Both the position numbers and the translations under genes were made by a program. Positions 1-13,680 of a DNA stretch of 64,000 nucleotides are shown one piece after another (positions within the stretch are counted from its first letter, which is position 1; the number at the start of each line of letters is the position of its first letter). The stretch spans positions 68,499-132,498 of the forward strand of contig LFLA01000024.1 in assembly GCA_001542995.1 (NCBI GenBank), given 5' to 3'. The stretch is from Nitrospina sp. LS_NOB. GTDB taxonomy: Bacteria; Nitrospinota; Nitrospinia; Nitrospinales; VA-1. The notes below the pieces were generated by a model. The model made no database searches. It saw nothing but the letters and a program-made list of their open reading frames with translations, and was not told the DNA's origin.

Positions 1-1494
1 AGGAGGACCCGATGGTGTGGGCTTTACCTCACCCTGTTTCAGGATCACTTGCACCTCATGACCGCTGGCTGATTTGACCATATCTTTGATGAACTGAACA
101 TTTTCCGGACTCCCAACCATTTCAAGGGTGAAGGAATCTGAAAACATCAGCTGAATTTCTTTTTCGTTCAGCACAAGAACCTGGCATTTATCCAGATAAT
201 GTTCGAAAGTCGGTCGTTTTCGGGAAACTTCCTGGCGGATCTTGGTCCAGGTCGAAGAATCGAAAGAACCATTACCCGGTTGAGTCTTCACGGGTGTTGC
301 GCTCGAATCGTTTTGCGCTGTCAGTGACGATGTAACCGGCTGGGCCGACTGAACTTCAATTTCCGCCTGATTGATCTTGTGGATGAGGTCATCGATATTT
401 TTAAAAGGCCGGGTTTCCGTTAACCTCAAAATAGCCATTTCAAAAACCATCTGCGTCAGGGAACTTCGTTTCATTTCCGCTTCGGCACGAGAAAGAATGG
501 TGAACATTTGTTGCAACTCGTCGGCATCGAATCCTTCGGCCTGTTTTTTCAAAACTTCCAAGTTGCAGGTATGTGCGTTGAGCAGTTTTTCCGGATTGCG
601 CGAAACTTTGACCATCAGCAGGTTTCTTAAATATTCCATCACACTCCGGCAAAACAGGGCCAGGTCTTTACCCTGATTGGCGACCTCCTGAACCAGAGCG
701 ATCAGTTCAGCCGGTTCCCGTTTTATGAGACGTTCGGCGAAAAGCTCGAGAGTGGTGCCCCCAACAATACCGAGCACCGACTCTACCGAATCGGTATCGA
801 TATTTTTGCCGCTGTAAGCAATGACCTGATCCAGCAGACTTTGCGCATCACGCATACTGCCAGCACCAACTTTGGAAATTTCTTCCAATCCTTTTTCATC
901 AATTTGAATTCCTTCCTGCCCGCAAATCAGTTCCAGTTGTTTGGTAATCTGGACATTGGACAGCGGTTTGAACTCAAAACATTGGCAACGCGAAAGGATG
1001 GTGTCCGGAATCTTGATCAGTTCGGTGGTGGCAAAAATGAAAATAACGCGAGGGGGTGGTTCTTCCAGCGTTTTCAACAATGCGTTGAACGCGCTTTTTG
1101 AAAGCATATGAACTTCATCGATAATATAAACTTTGTAACGGGCAGAGGACGTGGCGTATTGCACGTTGTCAATGAGATCGCGCACCTCGGCCACCCCATT
1201 ATTGGAAGCCCCATCGATTTCCTGAACATCGATGCAGTGGCCTTCGGTAATTTCCACACAAAAACTGCAGGTACCGCAAGGCTCGATAGTCGGTCCCTTT
1301 TCGCAATTGAGCACCCGCGCAAGAATCCGCGCCGTGGTGGTTTTACCCACACCGCGTGTTCCGGAAAACAGAAACGCATGCGAAACACGGTTCAGTTCAA
1401 TGGCGTTGGAAAGGGTTCGGACAATATGCTCCTGCCCAATCAATTCGCTGAATTTCTGGGGGCGCCATTTTCGGGCTGAAACCTGGAAGTCCAT
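1..1494 (-). CDS. dnaX: DNA polymerase III subunit gamma/tau (5' part; runs off the window start)
   Basis: Hand translation from ATG at 1494: MDFQVSARKWRPQKFSELIGQEHIVRTLSNAIELNRVSHAFLFSGTRGVGKTT (Walker A, DnaX N-terminus). Absent from the ORF track because its stop lies outside the window. Confidence 0.95.
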   Translation of the reverse strand, partial: MDFQVSARKWRPQKFSELIGQEHIVRTLSNAIELNRVSHAFLFSGTRGVGKTTTARILARVLNCEKGPTIEPCGTCSFCVEITEGHCIDVQEIDGASNNGVAEVRDLIDNVQYATSSARYKVYIIDEVHMLSKSAFNALLKTLEEPPPRVIFIFATTELIKIPDTILSRCQCFEFKPLSNVQITKQLELICGQEGIQIDEKGLEEISKVGAGSMRDAQSLLDQVIAYSGKNIDTDSVESVLGIVGGTTLELFAERLIKREPAELIALVQEVANQGKDLALFCRSVMEYLRNLLMVKVSRNPEKLLNAHTCNLEVLKKQAEGFDADELQQMFTILSRAEAEMKRSSLTQMVFEMAILRLTETRPFKNIDDLIHKINQAEIEVQSAQPVTSSLTAQNDSSATPVKTQPGNGSFDSSTWTKIRQEVSRKRPTFEHYLDKCQVLVLNEKEIQLMFSDSFTLEMVGSPENVQFIKDMVKSASGHEVQVILKQGEVKPTPSGPP

Positions 1495-1560
1495 TATTTC
1501 AGAAGACCGACAATTTGCAGGCAACCGCTGATGGCGGGTCGCCTGGGGATGTTATTTAAA

Positions 1561-1671
1561 GGCAGAATTGTTGGGGAACTCACAGCACACATGGGATTTT
1601 GCTACCGCTGCTTCCTTCCGGATCTGACGGGTTTCACAAAGCCACGTTGCGTGAGGCCCAACAAAACTGCC
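1561..1671 (-). ncRNA. ffs: Signal recognition particle RNA (4.5S type)
   Basis: Minus strand has CCCGTCAGATCCGGAAGGAAGCAGC (SRP domain IV with GGAA tetraloop) inside a long hairpin closed by GGCAG..GTTGGG / CCCAAC..CTGCC. The position just upstream of dnaX is typical. Confidence 0.92.
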
Positions 1672-1779
1672 AATACTTTTGCGGAGAATCTCCGCTAATA
1701 ACTGCAATCGCTCTATCTGGCGAGCAATAATTTCTCTCGGCCTTACGAACTCTTGCCAAATTACCCCCACGGTTAGTGG

Positions 1780-1869
<90 letters not shown>

Positions 1870-1880
1870 TGCTAGGCGCA

Positions 1881-1932
1881 GGGCCAATGTGCACGTAATA
1901 TTCTTCCTTAAACTTCGTGCCCCGGAGGGGTA
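1881..1932. repeat. REP-like dispersed repeat, family A (TACCCC-N3-GGGGCACGAAG...GGAANAATATCACG)
   Basis: Reverse complement is near-identical to 58202-58253. Related copies at about 1990-2035, 4845-4870, 5683-5710, 22601-22645, 26944-27000, 28875-28900, 48905-48930, 56447-56472 and 56751-56776. Confidence 0.85.
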
Positions 1933-2050
1933 ATAGCTCTTGCTTGCTGGCAAAGAGTTCTCTCGGCATTATTTTTACACGCTTACTCAATTTACCCCGT
2001 TGGGGCATAAAGGTAATGATAGGAATATCACAGCCTCCCCTGCCAAGGGG

Positions 2051-2119
2051 TATTCTAACAAAAAAAGGTCGAGAACACGTCCGCAAATAGAGAGCTACCA
2101 ACGTTGGTCCCGACCACAA
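2051..2119. repeat. ~70-bp direct repeat, copy 1 (hairpin plus T-tract on the minus strand)
   Basis: TATTCTAACAAAAAA...ACGTCCGC...TAGAGAGCTACCAACGTTGGTCCCGACCACAA recurs at 2411-2482. Confidence 0.85.
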
Positions 2120-2220
2120 TCAAAGCGTGTCGTATTCTAGATTTATCCACCGTAAGATTCAAGGTTAAATCCGCTTCCAACTCGCTAAGACCCTTTATTA
2201 CAATGCTGCGCCTGAGAGAA

Positions 2221-2308
<88 letters not shown>

Positions 2309-2410
2309 CAACGAGCAATCGCGTTATTTGGCAAGCGAAAGTTTTTCTCGGCTGAATTGAGCTTTTGCCCTATCAACACTCGGCTAACCTGAGCCGTTCA
2401 CCCAAAGCCC

Positions 2411-2482
2411 TATTCTAACAAAAAAGTCGGGAAAACGTCCGCTGTTAGATTAGAGAGCTACCAACGTTGGTCCCGACCACAA
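2411..2482. repeat. ~70-bp direct repeat, copy 2
   Basis: Matches 2051-2119; the 3' 31 nt are identical. Confidence 0.85.
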
Positions 2483-2512
2483 CAATTCTAAAAATTAAAT
2501 TGGAAGCAATAT

Positions 2513-2917
2513 TTATCGAACCCTTAGTTCGACTGCCTTTTTTAATTCTTTACAAATCTCTATTTGTCCATCTTTTGCCTCTGGCCAATTTACTATCACC
2601 GCATGGAGCGGGTGGGATGAGGTTTCTGGTATCACATCTAATTTCTGTTTATTTCTAATTTGTTCTGCTTGTAGGACAGCTATAGCTTTTGGGGGCTTTC
2701 GCTTTAAACCTGCAAAAGCATCCCCTGACTCCCATATTTCTTTATCTTGCTTTAAAGTAGATGTCCTGAATATTGAGGTTTCTAATCTATCAAGCTGCTC
2801 ACAAAATACTGGCATCAGCCTATTCCATCGGATATTTCCTGAGCTTTCTGTAAAGTCTTGATTGTCAAAAAGAAATCTGGACAACTCTTCTTGATCTGAA
2901 ACTAAACTAAAATTCAA
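2513..2917 (-). CDS. Hypothetical protein, possible ADP-ribosyltransferase/RES-like fold toxin
   Basis: 134-aa ORF in an AT-rich island with spaced R (LSRF), S (ETSIF) and H (HPLHAVI) motifs. The fold call is inference. Confidence 0.6.
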   Translation of the reverse strand: MNFSLVSDQEELSRFLFDNQDFTESSGNIRWNRLMPVFCEQLDRLETSIFRTSTLKQDKEIWESGDAFAGLKRKPPKAIAVLQAEQIRNKQKLDVIPETSSHPLHAVIVNWPEAKDGQIEICKELKKAVELRVR

Positions 2918-2918
2918 A

Positions 2919-3317
2919 TTATTTCCCTTTTATGACCCTTAATATATTTTTACTAATGGGCTCGGGAAACCAAAATCTATTAAAAATTTCAACACCTCTT
3001 TGTTTAGCCCCATTTGCAAAAAGCCCTGCAAAGAATAATTCATCGTTTGAGCCAAAACTGACCGCGAAGGAAGTATCTGCATTTTCATGTTCCCAATCCA
3101 AGGCAAAAGAACCATCTGGCTCTAAAAGTACTGTAGGAATTAGTTCTAACAACGACTCGGGAATTAAACGAATAAATTCACGAATATTTCTAAAGGAATT
3201 AATATTACCTGCTTTACCTCCATAGTTATCAGCGTTTCCCCCTTGAGAATCTGCAAAAACTTGATCAATTTCTTCAAGAAGCAAATGAATTTGGCGCCCT
3301 AACAGGGGAATCCTCAA
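2919..3317 (-). CDS. Hypothetical acidic protein (candidate antitoxin)
   Basis: 132-aa ORF 1 nt from the downstream gene; P...EPDGSFALDW motif of the small proteins I recall next to TIGR04255 genes. Confidence 0.65.
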   Translation of the reverse strand: MRIPLLGRQIHLLLEEIDQVFADSQGGNADNYGGKAGNINSFRNIREFIRLIPESLLELIPTVLLEPDGSFALDWEHENADTSFAVSFGSNDELFFAGLFANGAKQRGVEIFNRFWFPEPISKNILRVIKGK

Positions 3318-3410
3318 TCAATTCTTCTAAATCAACTATAACTACTGAAGAACAGGAAAAGCTAATTTCGTCTGACTCAAAAGGCAACATGCTTCTTTCT
3401 TTCGGAGTAA

Positions 3411-4153
3411 TCATTGATATAGCTCCACTCCTTTTGGTGTGAGGGAGTTAAAAAATATTGAATTCTTAAAAACTCTTAATTTATTCAAGTTTTCATTAAT
3501 TTTAGTATTTTCATTTTGAATTACATCCAGGCTAAACACATCAATATCAAAGATAACAGGGAGTTTTGGTTCTTTTATTTTATTACGGTCTAAACCTAAA
3601 TAAACAATAGCAGAAACAGAATTATCATCATCGTAAAGGGTCATTTGATTTAAAAACCCTGCCATCTCAAAACGGGTGCCTTTTGGAGAAGTTGGTGAGT
3701 TTACTATAATTTCCTTTAATTCTACATTGCGAGGAATATTAAGATTATTAATAAATCTAGAACCTATTTTAATTAAAGCATTTCTTTTCAATATTTTATC
3801 TGCTTTATTCCAAAGTTCCAAAGCTTTAGATGAAAATTCTTCCCATTTAGAATATTTCCCTACCCAGACAAATGAAAAGCTATCCCTTTTTAACTGAATT
3901 ATTTTTTTCTTATCAACAGAATAAAAAATAATAACTTCTGGGCCCAGACACTCGGCTTGTGGTGCGGCTGGCTTATCTTTCCCAAAAGCGAAGTCTACTT
4001 TACCACGGCGAATTATTTTTTTTCAGGGAAGTCCTTTTCAAATGCTGAATGAACAGACTCAAGGATTTGGAATTCTGCTATTTTATTTTGGAACCTAAAC
4101 TCTATCGCCGCTTCCGTTATCGGTGCGTTTTTAAGGTTAGGGTGTTCGGTCAT
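3411..4153 (-). pseudogene. TIGR04255-family protein split by a frameshift in an A8 tract
   Basis: ATG at 4153 gives MTEHPNLKNAPITEAAIEFRF...FPEKK* (the L.NAPI.EA.IEFRF motif). After the A8 run at 4016-4023 another frame continues ...IIQLKRDSFSF...YSKWEEFSSKALELW...IGSRFINNL...IFDIDVF...LRVFKNSIFFNSLT. Confidence 0.75.
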
Positions 4154-4357
4154 TTTTTAATGCTCTTACAGAGAAAAATTTATCAACACCTCATATATAT
4201 ACTTAAAGCTAAGGTGTAATACAATTATACCCTTGGTAATTTTGAATTTACATAATTAAAAAATAAAGTACCTGCGATTTTTAAATTCAACCTTTTGAAT
4301 ATTTTACTGAAAATCAACATCAGAAAATGAGCCATACTCTGCCCCTGCGGCGAGCGG

Positions 4358-4555
4358 TTAGCCGTCGCCGAGCTGGTTGAGTTCGACAATAGACTCGGGG
4401 GTGACGAGTCCTTCAGGGTCGGACCCTAACATCCAGGGTTCCCGTTCATATTTTTCTGAAGCTTCGACATGTGCTATATAATCGGTCATTTGCTTCTGGT
4501 TGTCCTGTAAAAACTTTCGGAAAACCATTTTCGGCCGTTTCTCTCTTTTAGTCAT
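4358..4555 (-). CDS. Small hypothetical protein
   Basis: 65-aa ORF between tRNA-Arg and the island; no motif recognised. Confidence 0.3.
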   Translation of the reverse strand: MTKREKRPKMVFRKFLQDNQKQMTDYIAHVEASEKYEREPWMLGSDPEGLVTPESIVELNQLGDG

Positions 4556-4671
4556 TAGCGCTCTTCCTTTTTTGTTTAAATATATTTGGTTCCCCAGAAG
4601 AAACGAACAATCGCCCTGTCTGGCGAGCGGGGGGAAGAGTTTTTACAAACTCCTCCCACAGCGGGTAGTAA

Positions 4672-4748
4672 TGGTGCGCCCAGCAGGACTCGAACCTGCG
4701 ACCTACGGTTCCGCAAACCGTCGCTCTATCCAGCTGAGCCATGGGCGC
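4672..4748 (-). tRNA. tRNA-Arg(GCG)
   Basis: GCGCCCATGGCTCAGCTGGATAGAGCG, anticodon arm ACGGT-TTGCGGA-ACCGT, GGTTCGAGTCC T-loop, GGGCGC-A-CCA; 77 nt. Confidence 0.93.
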
Positions 4749-4913
4749 ATAATTGGGTTTTAAGCGGAGTACCTCCGCAGGTAAATAGCAATATCTTTAT
4801 CTCGCGTCCAACCGTTCTCTCGGCTTGTAATATTCCCTCCATCAACTTCATGCCCCGGAGGGGTACAACAAGCTATATCAATTTGCCTCCCCTGCGAAGG
4901 GGCGGCTAGCAGG

Positions 4914-5522
4914 TCAGGACACATCGATGGGTATGTAATCCATCAACTGCAGAGCAAAATCTTCGTGCTCGAACGCGTACATCGTGGGATATTTCGCGAA
5001 TGCCCACCCTGTATAAATGGTCTTGCCATTTTGTTCAACCACTAATTGAACAGCAGGGTTGGTCAGTTCGTTTCCGCCAGATGTATAAGCTTTCTGGCTC
5101 ATTACAAAATTGGGCAAAAACGGGCCCACCGTAACCCTGATTCCCGAATCTTCCAATTCAAAACTGGAGCCCAGGGTGATGGTTTTCATTTCATTACGTT
5201 CTTTGTCTTTCTTGTTCTTGATCAGAAGCTTGACCGCTTTCCACTTGCCTTCTGCCTCCTCCGGCACGACAATCGCTCGCTGGACTTTCACCCCCTCCCG
5301 AACATTGGGGTGACTTCCGTCAGGAGCGTCGTAGTTGCCCGAACCTTTTTCCGATGAAGCTTCAACCTGCTGGATGGGCTTGGACCGGGACCCTTCAAAC
5401 TGGGAAACATTCAGTTTGCTGATGTCGGTCTCTTTCAGACCAGCGATATCTTCCTTGCTTTCGTAAGTGCAACCCACCATAAAAACCAGTGCCAGCACAA
5501 TTATATATTTTATGAAACGCAT
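4914..5522 (-). CDS. Lipoprotein with DUF2155-like domain
   Basis: Lipobox MVGC; C-terminal NPAV...GWAFAKYP...FEHEDF motif. Confidence 0.75.
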   Translation of the reverse strand: MRFIKYIIVLALVFMVGCTYESKEDIAGLKETDISKLNVSQFEGSRSKPIQQVEASSEKGSGNYDAPDGSHPNVREGVKVQRAIVVPEEAEGKWKAVKLLIKNKKDKERNEMKTITLGSSFELEDSGIRVTVGPFLPNFVMSQKAYTSGGNELTNPAVQLVVEQNGKTIYTGWAFAKYPTMYAFEHEDFALQLMDYIPIDVS

Positions 5523-5769
5523 TTAACTCCTTGCAAGTTGCTGAAAAACTCACCGTGATGAAATTTTTCTTCGATGTCATGCTGAAGCTCTCGAAGCATA
5601 CACCCTATTTAAAGGGGTTATCCCCTTTCGAGGGCGTCAGGGTGACAGACAAAAACCCTCTTGAGGTCAATCACCTATTTGCCTTCATGCCCGGCACGGG
5701 TACTTTTAGAAAGAGGGGGATTAAATCCCACCCCATGAGTCATTGCTATCAGCCCCTCTCGCTAGAGAG

Positions 5770-5860
<91 letters not shown>

Positions 5861-5939
5861 AATAAGTAATATTTTATCTTGCGCTCAAACCCTGTTGACC
5901 GCTTGAGGGGCTATTGCAATCTGCCCCCACGGCTAGTGG

Positions 5940-6025
5940 TGGCGGAGGGAGTAGGATTCGAACCCACGGAACTTTCGTTCAACGGTTTTCAAGACCGCCG
6001 CCTTAAACCACTCGGCCATCCCTCC
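5940..6025 (-). tRNA. tRNA-Ser(TGA)
   Basis: GGAGGGATGGCCGAGTGG, anticodon arm GCGGT-CTTGAAA-ACCGT, CCA encoded. Confidence 0.97.
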
Positions 6026-6189
6026 TGAATATTGTGAACCCGTTTATATTTATCCACTTGCGGGAAAATGTCAAGAGACGGTTTCCTGCTTTAAGTCAAT
6101 GCTTTATGGCGAAACATAAAACCTGCTATCAGCATTGACACGACCTTTAAAAAAAGGTTACGCGAATGGCAAAAATGAAAATTATAGAT

Positions 6190-7473
6190 TTATGGATGCC
6201 CTGCTAAAACTTCCTGCCCGTGCAAATAGGGGCGCAACACTTCCGGCACTACAACTGTTCCGTCTTCCTGCTGGTAATTTTCCAGCAGGGCCACAAACAA
6301 TCTGCCTGCGGCCAAGCCTGAACCGTTCAACGTGTGGACAAACTCCGGTTTACCGCCCGTGCGTTTTTTATAGCGGATCCGAGCCCGCCGGGCCTGATAG
6401 TCGGTAAAATTGCTGCAAGATGAGATTTCCCGATACGTATCCTGACTGGGAAGCCACACTTCCAGATCATAAGTTTTAGCGGCAGAGAAACCCAGGTCAC
6501 CGGCACATAGCTCCATCACCCGGTAATGCAAGTTAAGTTTTTTAAGGATGGACTCCGCATTCTCGACTAAAGCTTCAAGCTCTGCGGGTGATTCCTCCGG
6601 CCGGCTAAATTTGACCAGCTCTACTTTGTCGAACTGGTGCTGCCGAATCAATCCCTGCGTGTCTTTGCCATAGGACCCGGCTTCTCTCCTGAAACAAGGA
6701 GTGTAGGCGGCATAACAGATGGGCAACGACTCTTCTTCCAGAATTTCATCACGATGAAAATTGGTAACAGGAACTTCGGCGGTGGGGATGAGGTAAAGAG
6801 GGTCGTCGCGGGTGGCGAATAATTCTTCCTCAAACTTAGGCAATTGCCCGGTGCCCTGCATGCTCTCCTTATTGACCAAGAAAGGTGGATACAATTCCTC
6901 ATAACCGTTTTCCCGGGTTTGCACATCAATCATAAAATTGATCAAAGCACGCAACAGTCCTGCTCCTTGTCCTTTATAAACTGCGAACCGGGCTCCGGAA
7001 ATTTTTGCGGCTCTTTTTAAATCGATCAGGCCGAGCTGTTCGCCAATTTCCACATGATTTTTTGGTTTGAATGAAAGTTCCGGCTTCGTTCCCCAATCAC
7101 GCACCTTTCGGTTGGCGCTTTCATCGGCACCATCAGGAATGGAGTCATCAGGAGTGTTGGGGATGCCAAGCAGTTTCTCCTGCACCTGTTGTTCCAGGGT
7201 TCGGATTTTATCATCCAGCTCTTTTATGGAGCTGTTAATGACTTTGACCTCTTCCATAAGTTCTGAAGCGTCCTGGCCTTTTTGTTTGAGCTGACCGACC
7301 TCTGCAGAAAGTTTCTTTTTTTTATTTTTCAGCGATTCTGATTCCTGAAGTCCCAACCGCCGGTCTTCTTCGGGCTTGAGCAATTCATCCAGTTCCTTGA
7401 AATCACCACCCCGACGTTTGAGACGGATTTTCACCGCGTCAGGATTTTCGCGAATAATTTTTAAATCGAGCAT
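6190..7473 (-). CDS. serS: Serine--tRNA ligase
   Basis: [13 protein letters not shown]-terminus; [22 protein letters not shown] and HTLNGSGLA class II motifs. Confidence 0.98.
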   Translation of the reverse strand: MLDLKIIRENPDAVKIRLKRRGGDFKELDELLKPEEDRRLGLQESESLKNKKKKLSAEVGQLKQKGQDASELMEEVKVINSSIKELDDKIRTLEQQVQEKLLGIPNTPDDSIPDGADESANRKVRDWGTKPELSFKPKNHVEIGEQLGLIDLKRAAKISGARFAVYKGQGAGLLRALINFMIDVQTRENGYEELYPPFLVNKESMQGTGQLPKFEEELFATRDDPLYLIPTAEVPVTNFHRDEILEEESLPICYAAYTPCFRREAGSYGKDTQGLIRQHQFDKVELVKFSRPEESPAELEALVENAESILKKLNLHYRVMELCAGDLGFSAAKTYDLEVWLPSQDTYREISSCSNFTDYQARRARIRYKKRTGGKPEFVHTLNGSGLAAGRLFVALLENYQQEDGTVVVPEVLRPYLHGQEVLAGHP

Positions 7474-8312
7474 CAGTGTTTCTTTTTCATCCTTTTTTCG
7501 ATGCCCACCAGTTTCATTTTAAGTATGGCGGGGTAAATATAATGCCCTTCCAAAACCTTAAACCGGTTGTAAGCTTCTTGTAAATGCCCCTCTTCCTCCA
7601 AGCAGGAGGCAACAATAAAGTCCATGTCTTCTTTAAAACGGCTTTCAGAATATTCCAGATTAAAATGCCGGTACTGTTCTCTTGCCTCGGGACACCGACT
7701 CAACGTATAAAGAATTTCAATAATTTTAAATTTGGATTCTTCCGCCCAGGAACTCTTGGGATAGTTTTCCAATAAAATTTCCAGTTCTACCAGAGCCTGC
7801 TCGTAATTTAGTTTTTTATAATAAATCGAGGCAATGCGGTATTGATGATCGCCGGTGTCATTTTTACCAGGATAATGATTGATTAAGTTCTGGTATTCGA
7901 TGATCGCCTGATCATAATCCTTCAAACCAAATTCGGCGATTTCCGCAATATATTTTTGTGCTGGATAACTGAACTCTCCACTTCGATTCATTTGCCGGAC
8001 TTCTTGAAAATAGACCAGGGACCGCGAACTACTGTTTAAGCTGAAGTGGTGGATTTCACCAAGGCGAAACAGGGCTTCTTCCGCCAGCGGGCCGGAGGGA
8101 TGCTCTTTCAGCACCTCATTGAATATCTCGATAGCGCTATGGTTTCGGCCTTGAATCCATTCTTCATTCGCCTTCTGAAGAAGAGGGTCCATCTGTTCTG
8201 AACAGGAAACCAGGAAGATCCACCCCAGAAAAAAAATCCCCACACTCAAGTTGTTCCAACCCGCCGGGTTAGACCATATTGGAGCAGGACAAGTCTGGGA
8301 GGTCACATCCAT
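7473..8312 (-). CDS. TPR-repeat lipoprotein (BamD/YfiO-like)
   Basis: Lipobox LVSC and repeated TPR-like helices ([19 protein letters not shown]). True start probably downstream of the listed ATG. Confidence 0.75.
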   Translation of the reverse strand: MDVTSQTCPAPIWSNPAGWNNLSVGIFFLGWIFLVSCSEQMDPLLQKANEEWIQGRNHSAIEIFNEVLKEHPSGPLAEEALFRLGEIHHFSLNSSSRSLVYFQEVRQMNRSGEFSYPAQKYIAEIAEFGLKDYDQAIIEYQNLINHYPGKNDTGDHQYRIASIYYKKLNYEQALVELEILLENYPKSSWAEESKFKIIEILYTLSRCPEAREQYRHFNLEYSESRFKEDMDFIVASCLEEEGHLQEAYNRFKVLEGHYIYPAILKMKLVGIEKRMKKKH

Positions 8313-8323
8313 AGGGAGGGATT

Positions 8324-10744
8324 TTATTCAACCAGTTTTTCGATGCTGACAACCTGGTTGCCTTCGCCGGTACCCACCACGCGAACGCCTTGGGTGTTTC
8401 GGCCTATCAGGGATATTTCGCTGACGCGCATGCGAACAATATTACCATCGGAAGTGATGACCAGAAGCTGATCTGCCTCATCTACCTGTTGTACGCCCAC
8501 CACGGTCCCTATTTTTTCATTGCAGCGGATCGTCATAACACCCAGTCCGCCTCGACCTTGTTGAGGGTACTCTTCTATGGGCGTTCGCTTGCCATAACCG
8601 TTTGAAGTTACCGTGAGGAGTTTGGTGCCGGGTTGAACGATTTCCGCACTCACGACCCGGTCTCCGTCTTTGAGACGGATGCCGCGAACCCCTCTACCTG
8701 TGCGGCCGATGGGGCGTACTTCTTCTTCGTTAAAACGAATGGAAAAACCCCTTTCGGTGGCGAGTAAAATATCGCTTTTCCCGTCACACAATTCTGCGCC
8801 GATCACCCGGTCTCCGTCGTCGATCGTCAGCCCGATAATGCCGCCCTGTCGAGGCTTCTTATATGCCATCAGAGAAGTTTTTTTAACGATACCGCGTTCT
8901 GTAGCAACCATGACAAATTTATCTTCTTCAAATTCCCTGAGGGAAAGGATACTGGCTATGGCCTCTCCCGGCTGGAGACGCAAAAGATTGGCGATGGATT
9001 TTCCTTTGGCTATCCGGCTCACTTCCGGAATAGAATAAACCCGCAATGCGTGAATCTTTCCGATGCTGGTAAACACCAGAAGATGGCTCAGTGTTGAAGC
9101 GATGAAAAGTTTTTCGACAACATCTTCTTCTTTGAGGTTCATCCCCCGAATGCCCTTACCGCCTCTTCTTTGCGCCCGGTAATTATCAACGGTTTGCCGT
9201 TTGATATAACCGCCTCGGGTATAAACGACCACTGCATCCTCATCGGCGATGAGGTCTTCAATGTCTATATCGCCCTCACCATCCGTATCGGCGATTTCTG
9301 TCCGCCTCTCATTGCCATACTTGTTTTTAATTTCCAGCAATTCTTCTTTGATGATCTTAAGCTTGATTTCTTCGTGGGCAAGAACATTTTGCCGTTCTTT
9401 GATCTGTTTGCGGGTTTCTTCCAAGTCTTCAACTATTTTTTTCCGCTCCAGTCCGGTGAGACGTTGCAAGCGCATTTCAAGAATGGCTTTGGCCTGAATT
9501 TCTGACAACCCGAACTCTGCCATGAGCCCGTCGCGTGCCGCAGCCGGGTCCTGGGCATTGCGGATAAGCTGAACCACTGCATCCAGGTTATCCAACGCGG
9601 TGGCCAATCCTTCAAGGGTATGTTCTTTCTCGCGGGCCTTCTTTAAGTCAAACTCGGTTCTTCGAGTCACCACTTCTTTACGGAACAGGATGAAATGGTG
9701 CAAAAACTCTTTCAGGTTGAGAACCCTGGGTTGCTGATTCACCAAAGCTAACAGGATGACCCCGAAGGTGTCCTGAAGTTGGGTATTTTTGTAAAGAGAG
9801 TTTAAAACCACCTGACCCATGGTGCCTTTTTTCAATTCCACCACAACGCGGATTCCGTCCCGGTCCGACTCATCCCTCAGGTCAGAAATTCCTTCCAATC
9901 GCTTGTCTCTCACCAGTTCGGCGATCTTCTCCACCAGCCTGGCTTTGTTGACCTGAAACGGCAACTCGTTGATGACGATGCGTTCCCGGTCACTCTTCTC
10001 CATGGTTTCAATCTCAGCACGTCCCCGAACCCGGATGATACCTCTGCCGGTTTTATAAGCGGACCATATTCCATTTCTTCCCTGTATGATTCCCCGGGTG
10101 GGAAAATCGGGACCCGGCATAAGCTCAATAAGGTCTTCCACCGAACAATTGGGATTCTCAATAACGTGAACCGCGGAATCGATAACCTCTCCCAAGTTAT
10201 GCGGAGGAATATTGGTCGCCATACCCACGGCGATTCCTGACGAGCCGTTAACAAGCAATTGCGGAAAACTTGCAGGTAACACAGAAGGCTCTTTCAGAGA
10301 GTCATCATAGTTAGGGGTGAATTGAACGGTGTCTTTTTCCAAATCCCGGAGCAGTTCACCGGTGATCTCTTCCATGCGAATTTCTGTATAACGCATGGCG
10401 GCGGCGGAATCGCCATCTATCGAACCAAAGTTCCCCTGGCCATCGACAAGCGGGTGTCTTTGGGAAAACTCCTGCGCCAAACGAACGATTGTGTCATAAA
10501 TTGCCTGATCTCCATGTGGATGGTATTTACCCATCACATCACCAACGATGCGGGCGGATTTTTTATAGGGTTTGTTCCAGACATTCCCGGTCTCATGCAT
10601 CGCATAAAGGGCGCGGCGGTGGACAGGCTTCAACCCGTCTCGGACATCTGGCAGGGCGCGTCCAATGATTACGCTCATTGCGTAATCAAGGTACGAGTTT
10701 TTCATTTCATCGTCTATATTGATCGGTTCGATCGTTTCCGGCAT
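8324..10744 (-). CDS. gyrA: DNA gyrase subunit A
   Basis: [25 protein letters not shown] active site, QRRGGKG GyrA box. Confidence 0.98.
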   Translation of the reverse strand: MPETIEPINIDDEMKNSYLDYAMSVIIGRALPDVRDGLKPVHRRALYAMHETGNVWNKPYKKSARIVGDVMGKYHPHGDQAIYDTIVRLAQEFSQRHPLVDGQGNFGSIDGDSAAAMRYTEIRMEEITGELLRDLEKDTVQFTPNYDDSLKEPSVLPASFPQLLVNGSSGIAVGMATNIPPHNLGEVIDSAVHVIENPNCSVEDLIELMPGPDFPTRGIIQGRNGIWSAYKTGRGIIRVRGRAEIETMEKSDRERIVINELPFQVNKARLVEKIAELVRDKRLEGISDLRDESDRDGIRVVVELKKGTMGQVVLNSLYKNTQLQDTFGVILLALVNQQPRVLNLKEFLHHFILFRKEVVTRRTEFDLKKAREKEHTLEGLATALDNLDAVVQLIRNAQDPAAARDGLMAEFGLSEIQAKAILEMRLQRLTGLERKKIVEDLEETRKQIKERQNVLAHEEIKLKIIKEELLEIKNKYGNERRTEIADTDGEGDIDIEDLIADEDAVVVYTRGGYIKRQTVDNYRAQRRGGKGIRGMNLKEEDVVEKLFIASTLSHLLVFTSIGKIHALRVYSIPEVSRIAKGKSIANLLRLQPGEAIASILSLREFEEDKFVMVATERGIVKKTSLMAYKKPRQGGIIGLTIDDGDRVIGAELCDGKSDILLATERGFSIRFNEEEVRPIGRTGRGVRGIRLKDGDRVVSAEIVQPGTKLLTVTSNGYGKRTPIEEYPQQGRGGLGVMTIRCNEKIGTVVGVQQVDEADQLLVITSDGNIVRMRVSEISLIGRNTQGVRVVGTGEGNQVVSIEKLVE

Positions 10745-10815
10745 TCAAAGACCTTTCTGTACTTGAAACTTCAAAAGCGACAAAAGGAGAAAGAGGTCAC
10801 CTGTAAAACGTTCCT

Positions 10816-13675
<2,860 letters not shown>

Positions 13676-13680
<5 letters not shown>

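Noticed and set aside
2500-4672. Integrative element with attL/attR at tRNA-Arg
   Set aside because: No duplicate of the tRNA-Arg 3' end and no integrase were found around the AT-rich island.
5940-6025. tRNA-Sec
   Set aside because: The anticodon is TGA (Ser), not TCA, and the acceptor stem is a normal 7 bp.
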